A stretch of 37,326 nucleotides of DNA from Octopus sinensis (lineage: Eukaryota). The notes beneath the pieces are model-generated. The model was given only the letters and a program-made list of their open reading frames with translations, was not told the origin of the DNA and did no database searches. This document shows, in pieces, positions 22,761-35,083 of this stretch (position 1 is its first letter; every line of letters starts with the position of its first letter). The translations under genes were made by a program, and so were the position numbers. The stretch covers positions 1 through 37,326 of the forward strand of contig NW_021836802.1 in NCBI RefSeq assembly GCF_006345805.1. The letters are read 5' to 3'.

Positions 22761-22766
22761 CAAGAC

Positions 22767-22779
22767 AATAATAATAATG

Positions 22780-22854
<75 letters not shown>

Positions 22855-22859
22855 TAATC

Positions 22860-22893
<34 letters not shown>

Positions 22894-22910
22894 TAATAAT
22901 AATAATAATA

Positions 22911-22950
<40 letters not shown>

Positions 22951-22979
22951 CATCATAATAATAATAATAATAATAATAT
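22767..22979. repeat. (AAT)n microsatellite
   Basis: Directly visible. Confidence 0.97.
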
Positions 22980-24640
22980 ATGAAATTTGGATTAGAGAAA
23001 TGCGCCAAAGTAACCCTGAAAAGAGGAAAACTAATTAAGAGTAGCACATCACACTAGATAAACCAATGAAATAAAAGAATTAGACCAAAGCCAAACTTAC
23101 AAATACTTAGGAATCCATGAACTAGATAAGACACAACACACACAAATGAAAGAGAAAATAAAAAAGAATATTATAGACGAGTTAGATCAATACCAAACAC
23201 AGAGCTCAATGCTAAAAACAAGATAATAGGTATCAACACTTTAGCTGTCCCAGTTTAAGTTACAGCTACAATATCCTTAACTGGACACGAAATGACTGAC
23301 CAAAATAGAGGAAAACAAGAAAAAATGACAGGATCTAGGATGCATCACCCAAAATCTGGCATAGAAAGACTATATATACAACGTATAGATGGTGGTAGAG
23401 GCCTTATACAGCTGGAAAACTACTATAAAATAACCACCATAGGACTGCAAAAATATCTACTTCAGAAGGAAGGAAAACTGATACAAATAGCGGCAAAACA
23501 CGAGCAAAACAAAAAACTGTTCTCAGTATTTAAGGAAGCTGACAAATACAAACAAGAAATCATACCACCTAACAAATATGAAGAAGAAGAAGAAGAAGAA
23601 GAAAAGAAGAAGAAGAAGAAGAAGAAGAAGAAGAAGAAGAAAAGAAGAAGAAGAAGAAGAAAAGAAGAAGAGAAGAAGAAGAAGAAGAAGAAGAAAGACG
23701 AAGAAGAAACAACAAAAGCTATAAAACAACATGAAATCCAAACTAAAATAGAACAGCAACGAACCATGATAAAATGATGGCAAAAAAGCCCCTTCATGGC
23801 AAATACTGGACTAAACTAAATGCAAAAGAAATAGACAAAGAAAAATCCCAACAATGGTTGAGAAGCTCAGGACTCAAAGCAAGACAGAAGGATTTTTAAT
23901 TGCAGTACAAGACCAAAGCCTTCCTACCAGAAATTACCAAAAACATGTAATGAAAAGAAATATAACAAGTAACTGCAGAATATGTGGAGATGGACAAGAA
24001 ACAATAAATCATATTATCTCTAGCTGCCCAGTCCTGGCTAAGAAGGAATATATTCACAGACATGACAGAGTTGGAACCTACATACACTGGAAGCTATGCC
24101 AACATTATGGAATAACAACAGAAAAAAGATGGTATAGGCACACACCAGAAAAGGTCATAGAAAACGAGAAAGCAACCATACTCTGGGATATCCCAATACA
24201 CACAGATAGAGAAATTAAGACCAACAGGCCAGATGTAGTTGTCAGAGATCATGAAGAAAATAAATGCTTTCTAATTGATGTATCAATACCGGTAGATGAC
24301 AACGTGTCTCTAAGAGGAATGGAGAAACTCTCAAAATACAAAGACCTGGAAATAGAGGTAACCAGAATGTGGAATCTAAAAACAGAAACAATTCCTATCA
24401 TCGTAGGTGCATTAGGCATGATAAAAAAAATATTCAGACAAATACATAACCAAAACACCAGGACTTACAAGCACATATATAATACAGAAAATTGCACGAC
24501 TAGGCACTGCACACATCCTACGCAGAACACTTTCCATACAATAACCATCAGAGCATCACAACAAATCACAGCACATACCCAAGGCACACAGAGCTGCGCT
24601 CGGTAGTGAAGTGAAAGCACGATATAAAATGTATACTACT
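22980..24640 (+). mobile_element. 5'-truncated R4/Dong-type LINE (family Y)
   Basis: MKFGLEKCAKV, RMHHPKS, TEGFLIAVQDQSL, CCHC knuckle CRICGDGQETINHIISSC, RHD, RPDVVV...LIDVSIP (RLE), IIVGALG; several frameshifts; (GAA)n expansion at ~23577-23710. Confidence 0.9.
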
Positions 24641-24701
24641 GAATGATGATAATAATTATGATAATAATAATAATAATGATGATGATAGTAAAAAACAATC
24701 C

Positions 24702-24739
<38 letters not shown>

Positions 24740-24740
24740 T

Positions 24741-27700
24741 TTATTTTTTTCTTCTTTCAAATTTTCTTCCATTTCTTGCCGAGTGTCTTCCCGACTCCTA
24801 GGGCAAAGAAACTCATAGTGTATATTGGTAGGCCATTAAACCAAACTCAGTAGTTCGTTCATTTTTTTAATTTAAAAAAATTTTTTTTTCTTTTTTAAGT
24901 TAAATTAAAATACATGAGCAGCAACAGTTCTCACATCGACAATGCTCTTCTCAATACGTGTGATATACCAGTTAAGACAATCTTTTGCACTTCTTGCAGG
25001 GATGGTAAGCCAGGGATCATTCTCATATAATTTTCGGTTCCCTTCTTGATCATTCCTAGTGCTCCTACGATCACTGGTATTGTAACCGCCTTGAGATGCC
25101 ACATTTTCTCAATTTCAATGAGTAGGTCTTTATATTTTCTGAGCTTGTCAAACTCTTTCGCTGAGATATTATGATCACAGGGGATGCTCATGTCGATCAA
25201 TAAGCAAACTTTATTGTTTTGGTCTTTCACAACAATATCTGGTTTATTGGCCTTGATGGTTCGGTCTGTATGTACTGGAAAGTCCCACAGAATGGTTACA
25301 TCTTCTCCTTCAGTTACAGCCTCAGGGTGGTGATTATACCACTTGTCGGCAGTTTTGATATTGTAATGCCGACTTATTAGCCAGTGGAGATATTGGCCAA
25401 CTCTGTCATGTCTTAATTTATACTCCACTGGTGCTAAGACTTTACATGCAGAGATTAGGTGGTCCACTGTTTCAATCATGTCGTTGCAGAATCGGCATTT
25501 TGGGTCTGCTCCATTTTTCATCACGTTGGCCTGGTAGTTCCGGGTTAATAGGCTTTGGTCTTGAGCAGCCAGGATGAAACCTTCGCTCTCTGCTTTTAGC
25601 CCTGAGCTCCGCAGCCACTGATGGGTTTGCTTCTGGTCAACATCAGCTTGTTTGCTGCGGGTCACATATTTTCCGTGCAGAGGTTTCTCCTCCCACCTAT
25701 CAGCCAATTGCTCGTGCGCTTTTTTCATTGCCATCATTTTCCCCTTCTTTGCAACAATAGTTGCCGTACTTCCCTCGGGTTGTTCAGTTTGGGTATCCTG
25801 CACGAGATCAATAGCAAATTTTTTGCTTTCCTTGATGATAGAATGAAGCTTCTTTCGTCTCTCGTGATTTTCCACGAGCTTTAGCATCCAGTCATTCGAT
25901 ATTTCGAGATATTTGGCTAGTCCAATTGTGGTTGTTTTGTAAGCTAGTTCAAATTGGATCAGGCCTCGACCTCCTTGGGCTCTGGGAAGGTAAAGGCGAT
26001 CTACGTCTGCCTTTGGGTGGTGCATCCTATTACAACTCAGCAGCTTGCGTATTTTTCTATCTATATTCTTTACTTCACTCATATTCCAGTTCAACACATT
26101 GTAGCTATAAGTAACAACTGGAACTGCTAAGGAATTTATAGCTAACACCTTGTTACATGCATTTAGTTCAGATTTCAGGACTGCACGAACTCTCCTATAA
26201 CATTCCTTCCTGATTTTCTCTTTCATGCTTGCATGCTGAATACCAGAGCCTTCATTTATCCCTAAATATTTGTATGTCTGTTCTTGCTCAAGCTCTCTTA
26301 TGACTGTGTCAACATCTAACATGACTGAATTTGTGGTCTTCACTTTCCCTTTCTGGAAAGTGGCCTTGGCACACTTCTCAAGTCCAAACTCCATCCCGAT
26401 GTCATCGCTGAATGCTTTCACGGTGCGCAATAGGCCTTCAAGTTCATTATTGTCTTTACCATAAAGTTTTGTCATCCATATAAAATAGATGGCTTATTTT
26501 TTTATTGGCAATTTTATACCCATACCTGTTCTGTTTAATTCACTTGTAAGGGGTATTAGGGCTATGCAGAATATTAAAGGTGAAAGTGAGTCACCTTGAA
26601 AAATTCCACAGTTGATGTTTATATTTTCTGAGGCAAGTACTCCATTAGAGTGGTATAATTGGAGATTCGTATTCCACAACGACATATTGTGCTTCAGGAA
26701 GTTTGAAATCACAGGGGAAATTTTAAAGATGTCCAGCGATCTCAAGATCCATGGATGCGGTATACTGTCGAAGGCCTTTTTATAGTCAATCCATGCGGTG
26801 CTGAGATTTCTGCGCTTGTTGTGACAGTTCTCAAGGATCATACGATTGATTAGCAGTTGATCTTTGCATCCGTAAGAGCCTCGGCGGCACCCTTTTTGTT
26901 CAATGGGGAAAATATCGTTCTTCTCCATGAATGCATATGTTTTCTCCGCCAGGATAGATGTTAGGATTTTATACGTGGTGGATAGACAGGTTATAGGCCG
27001 ATAGTTTTTTGGAAGGTTGGTTTCGTTATTCTTTGGGAGTAGGTAAGTAATGCCACTTGCTAACCATTCAGGTGTTTTCTTTGGGTCTCTCAAAATTCCA
27101 TTGAGCAGCTGAACTAGCTTACCGTGTGCGCACGGGAGCGATGTGAGCCAGAAATTCGGCATCCTATCTTTACCGGGGGATTTCCAATTATGGGCCTTCG
27201 TGAGTGCCTTTCTTAGGTCTGCTATTGTGATGTCTTCCCATGCTTGTTGTTGTAAATTTTGGTAGGATCCTTCAGTTTGTATAATCCAGTCTGCATTTAT
27301 GTTGTACGTCTTCTTGTCACTCCAAATCCTTTCCCAAAAGTTTTGAACTTCTTCCATGGGAGGGGGGGGGGTCTTTAACGGTTACTTTCTCCTTCCCTAT
27401 TTCTCTGTAGAATTTTTTGGCATTGGATGTGAACAGCTTATTTTGCTTGTAAAACTTGTTTCTCTTCTCAAATCTTCGTATTCTTTGGGCTTTTGCTTGG
27501 ACTTTTTGTTTCAGCGATTCTTTTATTGATATCAGTTCTTCTCTTGGTGAGGATCCAAATTTTCTCTCATCTTTCTTCCTGTTCTGGATCTTACATCATT
27601 TCCACATATTAGTTCATTTAATATTGATATTTCCCCTCTCATAAATTCAATCTCTTTTTCAATTTTACTTCTCCAGGTTTGATTTCTTCCCAGGTTTTGT

Positions 27701-28720
27701 TTTCTTTGTTTTTTCGGGGGCATACAGCTGGTTTCAATTGCCCTAGCAGAAGCGTAAATAATTTCATTTAACTCAGTAAAATCAGGTTTTAATTCTCGTA
27801 TTATTTCATTTGTTACATAGTTGCCAATTTGGATTTGTTTTTTATTTTGGTTTGTATTTTGAGAGTTTATGAAGCGGTTCTCTATCATTCATACTTGTAT
27901 GTCTTACAACTTCAAGCGTATTCAGGATTTTCTGCCTCATTTCTGCTATAGACTCTCTGTGTTCTTCAGCAAATGCGAGATCTTCAGTTACTGTTGTTTT
28001 TTCGTTTTCCTGGCTATCTTTAACAGGTACAATAGAATTTCTTGTATCTTCAGGCCTTTGCGTACTTTGGTCAGATGGCAGTCTTTCAATTAAGCCTCGT
28101 GGCGGGCTATACTGTTCATCTGATTCTTCATTTCCTTTGTGTCTTATATTTATGTCATTTTCCGTTGCGTGCTTGATCGCACTTATTTCACTGTCTGTGA
28201 GTCTGTTATTTCTAAAGATATCCCTCCTCACATTTGCTAATTTGTTCTCGTCCAAATAGGGCCTACTGTCTTGATTCCGTGTTCTCCATATACTGTAAGA
28301 GTTTGCGGTGTGTCTCTCTTGAGATGGCCTACCTAATGCATAGTAATAAGCGTATATTACTTCTTTATACTCTTCTCGGGTCCATTTGTTCCGCTTACAT
28401 TTTTCTTTCTGTGGTGGTTGTGGTGGTGAACTTGGAGGGCTCGAGTTGGGGGATTTCCCGTTCAAGTGACCATCCATGTCCGTATTCGGAGAAGAGTTTG
28501 TGCCAGTTGATGACTTTTCGATCCCAGGCTGGCTCTTCCCTGGGGGACGCGCTTCCAGATTAACCATAGGACAAGCGATTTGGTATACTGATTTAGTTTT
28601 CCTTTTAGTTTCCAAAAACATTTTCGTGCTACGATAATGTTATCATTTTTTAGCTTTGATTGGCTCGTGGGGAGACGGCCATCATTGCCGTTACAATTAT
28701 AATCGTACCATTATAGCAGC
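24741..28720 (-). mobile_element. Near full-length R4/Dong-type non-LTR retrotransposon (family Z), ~4 kb
   Basis: Single long ORF region, ~190-bp 3' UTR ending at (TTA)n 24702-24740; 5' end abuts a degenerate triplet repeat. Confidence 0.92.
24931..28621 (-). pseudogene. RT plus CCHC plus restriction-like endonuclease ORF (~1230 codons), frameshifted
   Basis: KWTREEYKEVIYAYY N-terminus; NWKSPGKD, YRPITCL, DYKKAFDS, GIFQGDSLSPLIF, SHLFYMDD (between two frameshifts near 26470-26520), CRFCNDMIETVDHLISAC, RHD, KPDIVV...IDMSIP. About five frameshifts; no in-frame stop seen in the joined frames. Confidence 0.9.
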
Positions 28721-29411
28721 CGTAGTCGTCTTCTTATTGTTATTATCTTCACCATTACCATCACTATCATCATTATCACCACCATTACCATCATCATTAT
28801 CATCATCACCATCACCATCACCACCATCATCATCAATGATATTGTTTTATGTGTAGTCACAGCAGTATCTTATTATTGTTATTTTTGTTTTTTTATCATT
28901 ATCACCATCACAGTAGTGTCTGTCTGTCTCGTTGGCTGGCTTGGTGGTTGGCTGGCTGACTGTCTTCAATGCCAGAGTTCTTGCCTGTCAAATAATACTT
29001 TCATATTTGGTTAACAATAGAGCCGAGGTGAGGTTTGTGTGTGTGTGTGTGTGTAGATAGATAGATAGAATATCAGCACTATTACTATCTTTTTTTTTTT
29101 TTTGGGTGGGGTCAAAAAAAGTTCAGATGTTTACTACTATTAGCCTTAAGAAAAATTAAGGAAGGGCTGTTCTGTATTGTTTGTGAATAGAGAAGTTGTG
29201 TTCGACCAGAGAGAATCTTAGCATCATCATTTTTTTTCCATGTGCGTTTGTGTTATTGCAATAAAAAGTGTTTGTATATTTCGTGCAAGGTAATATTGTG
29301 GAGGTTGAAGTTGACCCCTCTAGAGATGTTTGTATGTCCAGTTAGAAGAACAGGTGTGTTTTTGCAATAAAAAGTATATGTTTACATTTATATTTGAATA
29401 TTCTGGGAGGA

Positions 29412-29462
<51 letters not shown>

Positions 29463-29486
29463 CATTATTATTATTATTATTATTAT

Positions 29487-29549
<63 letters not shown>
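29412..29549. repeat. (TTA)n microsatellite
   Basis: Directly visible; forms the tail of repeat D. Confidence 0.97.
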
Positions 29550-30051
29550 TGAGCGAGAGAGCAGTGCATGCCATCAAAGTGACACTGGGGTAAAATATAC
29601 GAAGCCCAATATACCCATCATGACTACCCATCTGATAAGGGTACACTAGGCACATGCATCACAACCATATGTGCGCGACATAGTGATCTCATATCAAGAT
29701 GAACAGCACATGACCTTGCAGGTGGGGCCCAGTTAGAATTTTCTTCAGGTTGAGTAGCCCATCCCGCTCAAAAGGTCCCTGAATAAGGGTTGTTTAAGGA
29801 TGTTGAAAGAACCACCCATGTTTCCAGAGGTGAATTATTCAAACCCCAAAGAATCCCTCTCAACACATAGCTATGATGCTCCCCCACTACTTCTGCTCGT
29901 GATCAGAGATGCACATATCGTCAGCCACTAAGGGACATGCTCAACTGGTTAAGGTCAAACAACTGACAAGCAAATCTGTGGTATTGAGCAGAATATTTGC
30001 TGTAGCCCATCTTTTATACCAAGACAAAACAATGTACATGATAACACTTCC
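29550..30051 (-). mobile_element. Unclassified ~500-bp interspersed repeat D with (AAT)n tail
   Basis: Similar to 34555-35051 over its whole length; no ORF or Pol III boxes recognised; orientation inferred from the tail. Confidence 0.75.
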
Positions 30052-30090
30052 AAGACAAAACAATGTACATATTATTATTATTATTATCAT

Positions 30091-30545
30091 TAGTTTTATT
30101 TTTATTTTTATAGCGTGCTTTCACTTCACTACCGAGCGCAGCTCTGTGTGCCTTGGGTATGTGCTGTGATTTGTTGTGATGTTCTGATGGTTATTGTATG
30201 GAAAGTGTTCTGCGTAGGATGTGTGCAGTGCCTAGTAGTGCAATTTTCTGTATGTTATATATGTTTGTAAGTCCTGGTGTTTTTGTTATGTATTTGTCTG
30301 AATATTTTTTTATCATGCCTAATGCACCTACTATGATAGGAATTGTTTCTGTTTTCAGGTTCCACATTCTGGTTACCTCTATTTCCAGGTCTTTGTATTT
30401 TGAGAGTTTCTCCATTTCTTTTAGAGACACGTTGTCATCTGCCGGTATTGATACGTCAATTAGAAAGCATTTTTTTTCTTCGTGATCTCTGACAACTATA
30501 TCTGGTCTGTTGGCCTTAATTTCTCTATCTGGCCTTAATTTCTCT
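30091..30545 (-). mobile_element. R4/Dong family Y 3' fragment
   Basis: KYKDLEIEVTRMWNLKTETIPIIVGALG...GTAHILRRTLSIQ plus the same 3' UTR as 24540-24640. Confidence 0.9.
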
Positions 30546-30558
30546 ATTATTATTATTA

Positions 30559-30618
<60 letters not shown>

Positions 30619-30626
30619 CATTATTA

Positions 30627-30676
<50 letters not shown>

Positions 30677-30794
30677 GCTTTCTTTATTATTATCGTTATC
30701 ATTATTATCATTATCATTATTATTATCATTATTATTATTATCATTATCATTATTATCATTATCATTATTATTATCATTATTATTATTATTATTA

Positions 30795-30833
<39 letters not shown>

Positions 30834-30840
30834 TATCATT
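30545..30840. repeat. (TTA)n/(TCA) microsatellite
   Basis: Directly visible. Confidence 0.97.
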
Positions 30841-31497
30841 CATTTGTAACACAGTGTAGGTAAAATTGCACCGGAGTCTTTAGTCATCTGTGAAGTCACA
30901 ACAAGTACTTGAGAAAGATAATACTTTCCTTAAGATATGCCCAAGGGTGTGAGGCCGCATTTGTCTCCTTATCGCACAGGAATGCACATTGCCGTTCTCT
31001 CCTCTCCATCTGCCGAATCTATTTACAGACCTGTGAAACTTAATCTATTCACCAAGCTGTCGCGTTTGCTACTACTGTTCCCTTAAACATTCACATTTTT
31101 AAGATCCTCTCAAGTACAAGACAAAAGTTGAAACTAAACGACATTCAATAATACCTTGTAATAATAAATGGAAATAGTAATAATGATGGTAATAATGATA
31201 ATAACAATGATTTATCCAAAACTCATGTCGGATCAGAGGAAATATTAACGACAAATAGTAGTAAAAAAATAGAAATATTAAAATTACTAAGTCTCTATAA
31301 AAGAGATTATGGCAGCGTTTACTGGAAATTAATTGTTATCGCCATATTAATATGGCATTCTTATAGATATAAGAATAATCGCTGCCATGGTCAGCTCCAT
31401 GAGGCCACCGCCATCAAGATAGCTATTGATACACGATCTGTATCCATTATAACCTTCGAACAAGGGAGGTCAGCCGCTTCACACTGCCAGTCCGACA

Positions 31498-31539
31498 GCT
31501 ACAGACGCGTTTCGGGGTATTGCCCCTTGTCAATGTAGC
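31498..31539 (-). ncRNA. Minimal type I hammerhead ribozyme with U3-A8 covariant core
   Basis: Minus strand GCTACA-TTGACAA-GGGG(CAATA)CCCC-GAAA-CGCG-TC-TGTAGC; all stems perfect, palindromic stem III ACGCGT, GUC triplet. Confidence 0.75.
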
Positions 31540-31740
31540 GTAGTCGACTCAGCAGGTGTCGCCACTGATGTCTCTGTTCGAAGGCTTATATGGCGATAAC
31601 AATTAATTTTTAGTAGTAAAAAAAAATAAAATAAAAATATCAGCGATGATATTACCCCATGTCCTGATTAATGATACATCTAGTGATGGTGTCACAATTA
31701 AAACACTGGTAATTGCACAACCTGATAATCGCTACCTCAT

Positions 31741-33670
31741 ATGAGTGACAATGAAAACATAAGATATTGTGAATAACGGTGGGAATGAAACTGAAGCCCT
31801 TGATGGTCAGATTCCAGCCTGTCGTTATCCAGCAAGGGACCAGCATACACGGCGCAGATGGAACAGATCAACGGTGTGATCATGGAGTGTTACTACCTAA
31901 ACAAATCTGTAGACAAAAATGGTGTTCATATTAGGGGATACCGACAGCGTATGTATGATCAATGGAGAGGAAGAGGATTGTTTCAACTGATGGAACAGAG
32001 ATTATGTGATCAAGCTAGAGCAATAAGAAAAAAACGTTGGTTCACAGAAGCAGAGCTTGAAGCTATCAAAAGGCGGATATTGGAAAACAGTAGCAGAGGA
32101 AACGATGAAAATACAGTTCTTACTGATAAAAGTAATCTCATAGCAGGAAAGAGAGGCGAAATCTTTAATTAACCACAAGAAGGGAACAGTGATAGCTTGC
32201 TCGATGAGAGACATATAGATGGTTATGGTAGAAGACAATAAAACTAATGGTGACATGATAGATGGGCAAAAGGAGGCAACCTACGACAGAATAAAGAGAA
32301 GGACACAGGAAAACGATAGCGACATTATTTGCAACATTAAAAAGGTTGATCGGTGAAAATTGAACCAAAAAACGAAAAATGATAAGGAAATTCTGAAATA
32401 CATCAGAACAAAAAACATTACTTAAACAAATAATTTAATCGAGGCAGCAAGTATTGTTGTAGCAGAAAATGTGTGTGTTGCTGCCAAGAAAAAGAAATAT
32501 AGTGGGTGTGACAAAAGAAAAGATCCATGGTGGATAAGAAGAATACAGGCGGGGTTAGACCGACAAGAAAGGGGTAGCTTCAAAGGGGAGAAAAATATAG
32601 GGCACTGAACAGGAAGTATAATATTGAAAGAAAAGGCCTGAAAGTGGTAATGAAGGAACTAAAACAGCGCCTCTTTGCAAAGAAAGCAAAAATGGTAAGA
32701 TACGACCAAAGAATAAAGGGTTACCAGAAGAATAAGTTATTTAGGGTAGAACAGATGAGATTCTACAAAGAAATAAATGGAGAGTGTACAGATGAAAAGT
32801 TGATACCAGCCAGAGAACATTGAAAGTCAAAGGTTTTGGAGTGACATCTGTAGCAAAGACAAGGGGCACAGGAAGGATGCTGAATGGTTACAAGAACTGA
32901 AACAAACAGTAGTCTGTCCAAAACAGGCCGAACTCTTTACTCTTTTACTCTTTTACTCTTTTACTTATTTCAGTCATTTGACTGCGGCCATGCTGGAGCA
33001 CCGTCTTTAGTCGAGCAAATCGACCCCCGGGACTTATTCTTTGTAAGCCCAGACTTATTCTATCGGCCTCTTTGCGAACCGCTAAGTGACGGTGACGTAA
33101 ACACACCAGCATCGGTGTCAAGCTATGCTAGAGGGGAAACACAGACACACAAACAATATACACACACATTACATATATACATATATACGACAGGCTTCTT
33201 TCAGTTTCCGTCTACCAAATCCACTCACAAGGCTTTGGTCGGCCCGGGCTATAGCAGAAGACACTTACCAAGATGCCACGCAGTGGACTGAAACCCGGGA
33301 CCATGTGGTTGGTTAGCAAGCTACTTACCACACAGCCGGTTTAAGAATTGAAGGAAATCATCATAAAAATGGGCAACTGGAATGCCCCGGGACCAGTCGG
33401 AGTTCAAGGCTACTGAATCAAAAGATTTGGTGAATGCCATGCACGAATAGCTGCACTACACAACACCTTGTTAAATGCCGACCAAGCAACACCAGAGTGG
33501 TTGACAATGGGTAGGACAGGGCAGTGCTTGAAAAAGATCGAAAAAGGCAATTCTGTAGACAATTACAGGGCCGATATCCTGTTTGCACTTATGTGGAAAT
33601 TATTGACTGGAATTATCGCAAAGTCAATGTACGGATATTTGGAGAAAAAATAGAATCCTGCCACATGAGC
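31741..33670 (+). pseudogene. Decayed R4/Dong-type LINE, N-terminal half to start of RT
   Basis: VIMECYYL...GYRQRM...EQRLCDQARAIRKKRW, DPWWIRRI, KELKQRL, NKLFR, MGNWNAPGP, PEWLTMGRT, NYR; many stops; interrupted by SINE C. Confidence 0.8.
32934..33337 (-). mobile_element. SINE family C
   Basis: Reverse-complement match to 20417-20844 including tail (CTCTTTTA)n. Confidence 0.88.
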
Positions 33671-33781
33671 AGAAGGTACCTCTGCTCTTACGCATATAAA
33701 CCTTCTGCTCATGTGGTCGATGTGATCGACTTAGCCCTATCCCCCAACATTTCAGGCCTTGTGACTAGAGTAGAAAGGATT

Positions 33782-34122
33782 GTGGAGGCGCAATGGCCCA
33801 GTGGTTAGGGCAGCGGACCCGTGGTCATAGGATCTCGGTTTCGATTCCCAGACCGGGCGTTGTGAGTGTTTATTGAGCGAAAACACCTAAAAGCTCCACG
33901 AGGCTCCGGCAGAGGATGGTGGTGATCCCTGCTGTACTCTTTCACCACAACTTTCTCTCACTCTTACTTCCTGTTTCTGTTGTATCTGTATTTCAAAGGG
34001 CCGGCCTTGTCACTCTCTGTGAAGTGTTCAGCCACTTACACGTTAATTTCACGAGCAGGCTGTTCCGCTGATCGGATCAACCGGAACCCTCGTCGTCGTA
34101 ACCGAAGGGGTGCTTCCAATCC
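33782..34122 (+). mobile_element. SINE family B with 10-bp TSD
   Basis: AGAAAGGATT at 33772-33781 and 34124-34133; small internal deletion. Confidence 0.9.
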
Positions 34123-34129
34123 AAGAAAG

Positions 34130-34148
34130 GATTATTATTATTATCATA

Positions 34149-34209
<61 letters not shown>

Positions 34210-34320
34210 ATACTAATACTTCCTCTACCATTACCACCACCATTGCTACTACCACCACTAATTCTACTACTACTAATTCTATTATTATTATTATTATTTG
34301 TAGTAGTAGTAGTATTAGTA
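34130..34320. repeat. (ATT)n/(ACT)n compound microsatellite
   Basis: Directly visible. Confidence 0.95.
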
Positions 34321-34321
34321 G

Positions 34322-34520
34322 TCGAGCTGGCGGAATCGTTAGCGCGCAAGACGAAATGCTTAGCGGTATTTTATCCGTCGCTACTTTAATCAGTTCAAAT
34401 TCCACCAATTCTATCGGGGTCGATAAATTAGGTACTAGTGAAACACTAGGATCGGTGTTATTTACTTGTCCCCTCCCTGCGAATTTTAGGTCATGTGCCT
34501 TTAGTAGAAAGGATTATTAC
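34322..34520 (+). mobile_element. SINE family A-related copy
   Basis: GAGCTGGCGGAATCGTTAGC head, AGTTCAAATTCC B box, AGTAGAAAGGATTATT end. Confidence 0.75.
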
Positions 34521-34554
34521 TACCACTACAACTAATTCTATTATTATTATTATT

Positions 34555-35051
34555 GAGTGAGAGAGCAGTGCATGCCATCAAAGTGACACTGGGGTAAAAT
34601 ATACGAAGCCCAGTATACCCATCATGACTACCCATCTGATAAGGGTACACTAGGCACATGCATCACAACCATATGTGCACGACATGGTGATCTCATATCA
34701 AGATAAACAGCGCATGACCTTGCAGGTGGGGCCCAGTTAGAATTTTCTTCAGGTTGAGTAGCCCATCCCGCTCAAGCGGTCCCTGAATAAGGGTTGTTTA
34801 AGGATGTTGAACGAAACACCCAAGTTTCCAGAGGTGAATCATTCAAACCCCAAAGAATCCCTCTCAAGACATGGCTATGATGCTCCATCACTACTTCTTG
34901 TGATCAGAGATGCACATATTGTCAGCCACTAAGGGACATGCTCACCTGGTTAAGGTGAAACAACTGACAAGCAAATCTGTGGTATTGAGCAGAATAGTTG
35001 CTGTAGCCCATCTTTTATACCAAGACAAAACAATGTACATGATAACACTTC
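34555..35051 (-). mobile_element. Repeat D, second copy
   Basis: Homologous to 29550-30051. Confidence 0.75.
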
Positions 35052-35083
35052 GGATCAATTATTGTTATTATTATTATTATTCA

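Noticed and set aside
28615-28720. Possible HDV-like ribozyme in the 5' UTR of the Dong element
   Set aside because: An L3-like TCCCCACG and a P4-like hairpin followed by CGAA are present on the minus strand, but I could not build P1, P2 or P1.1.
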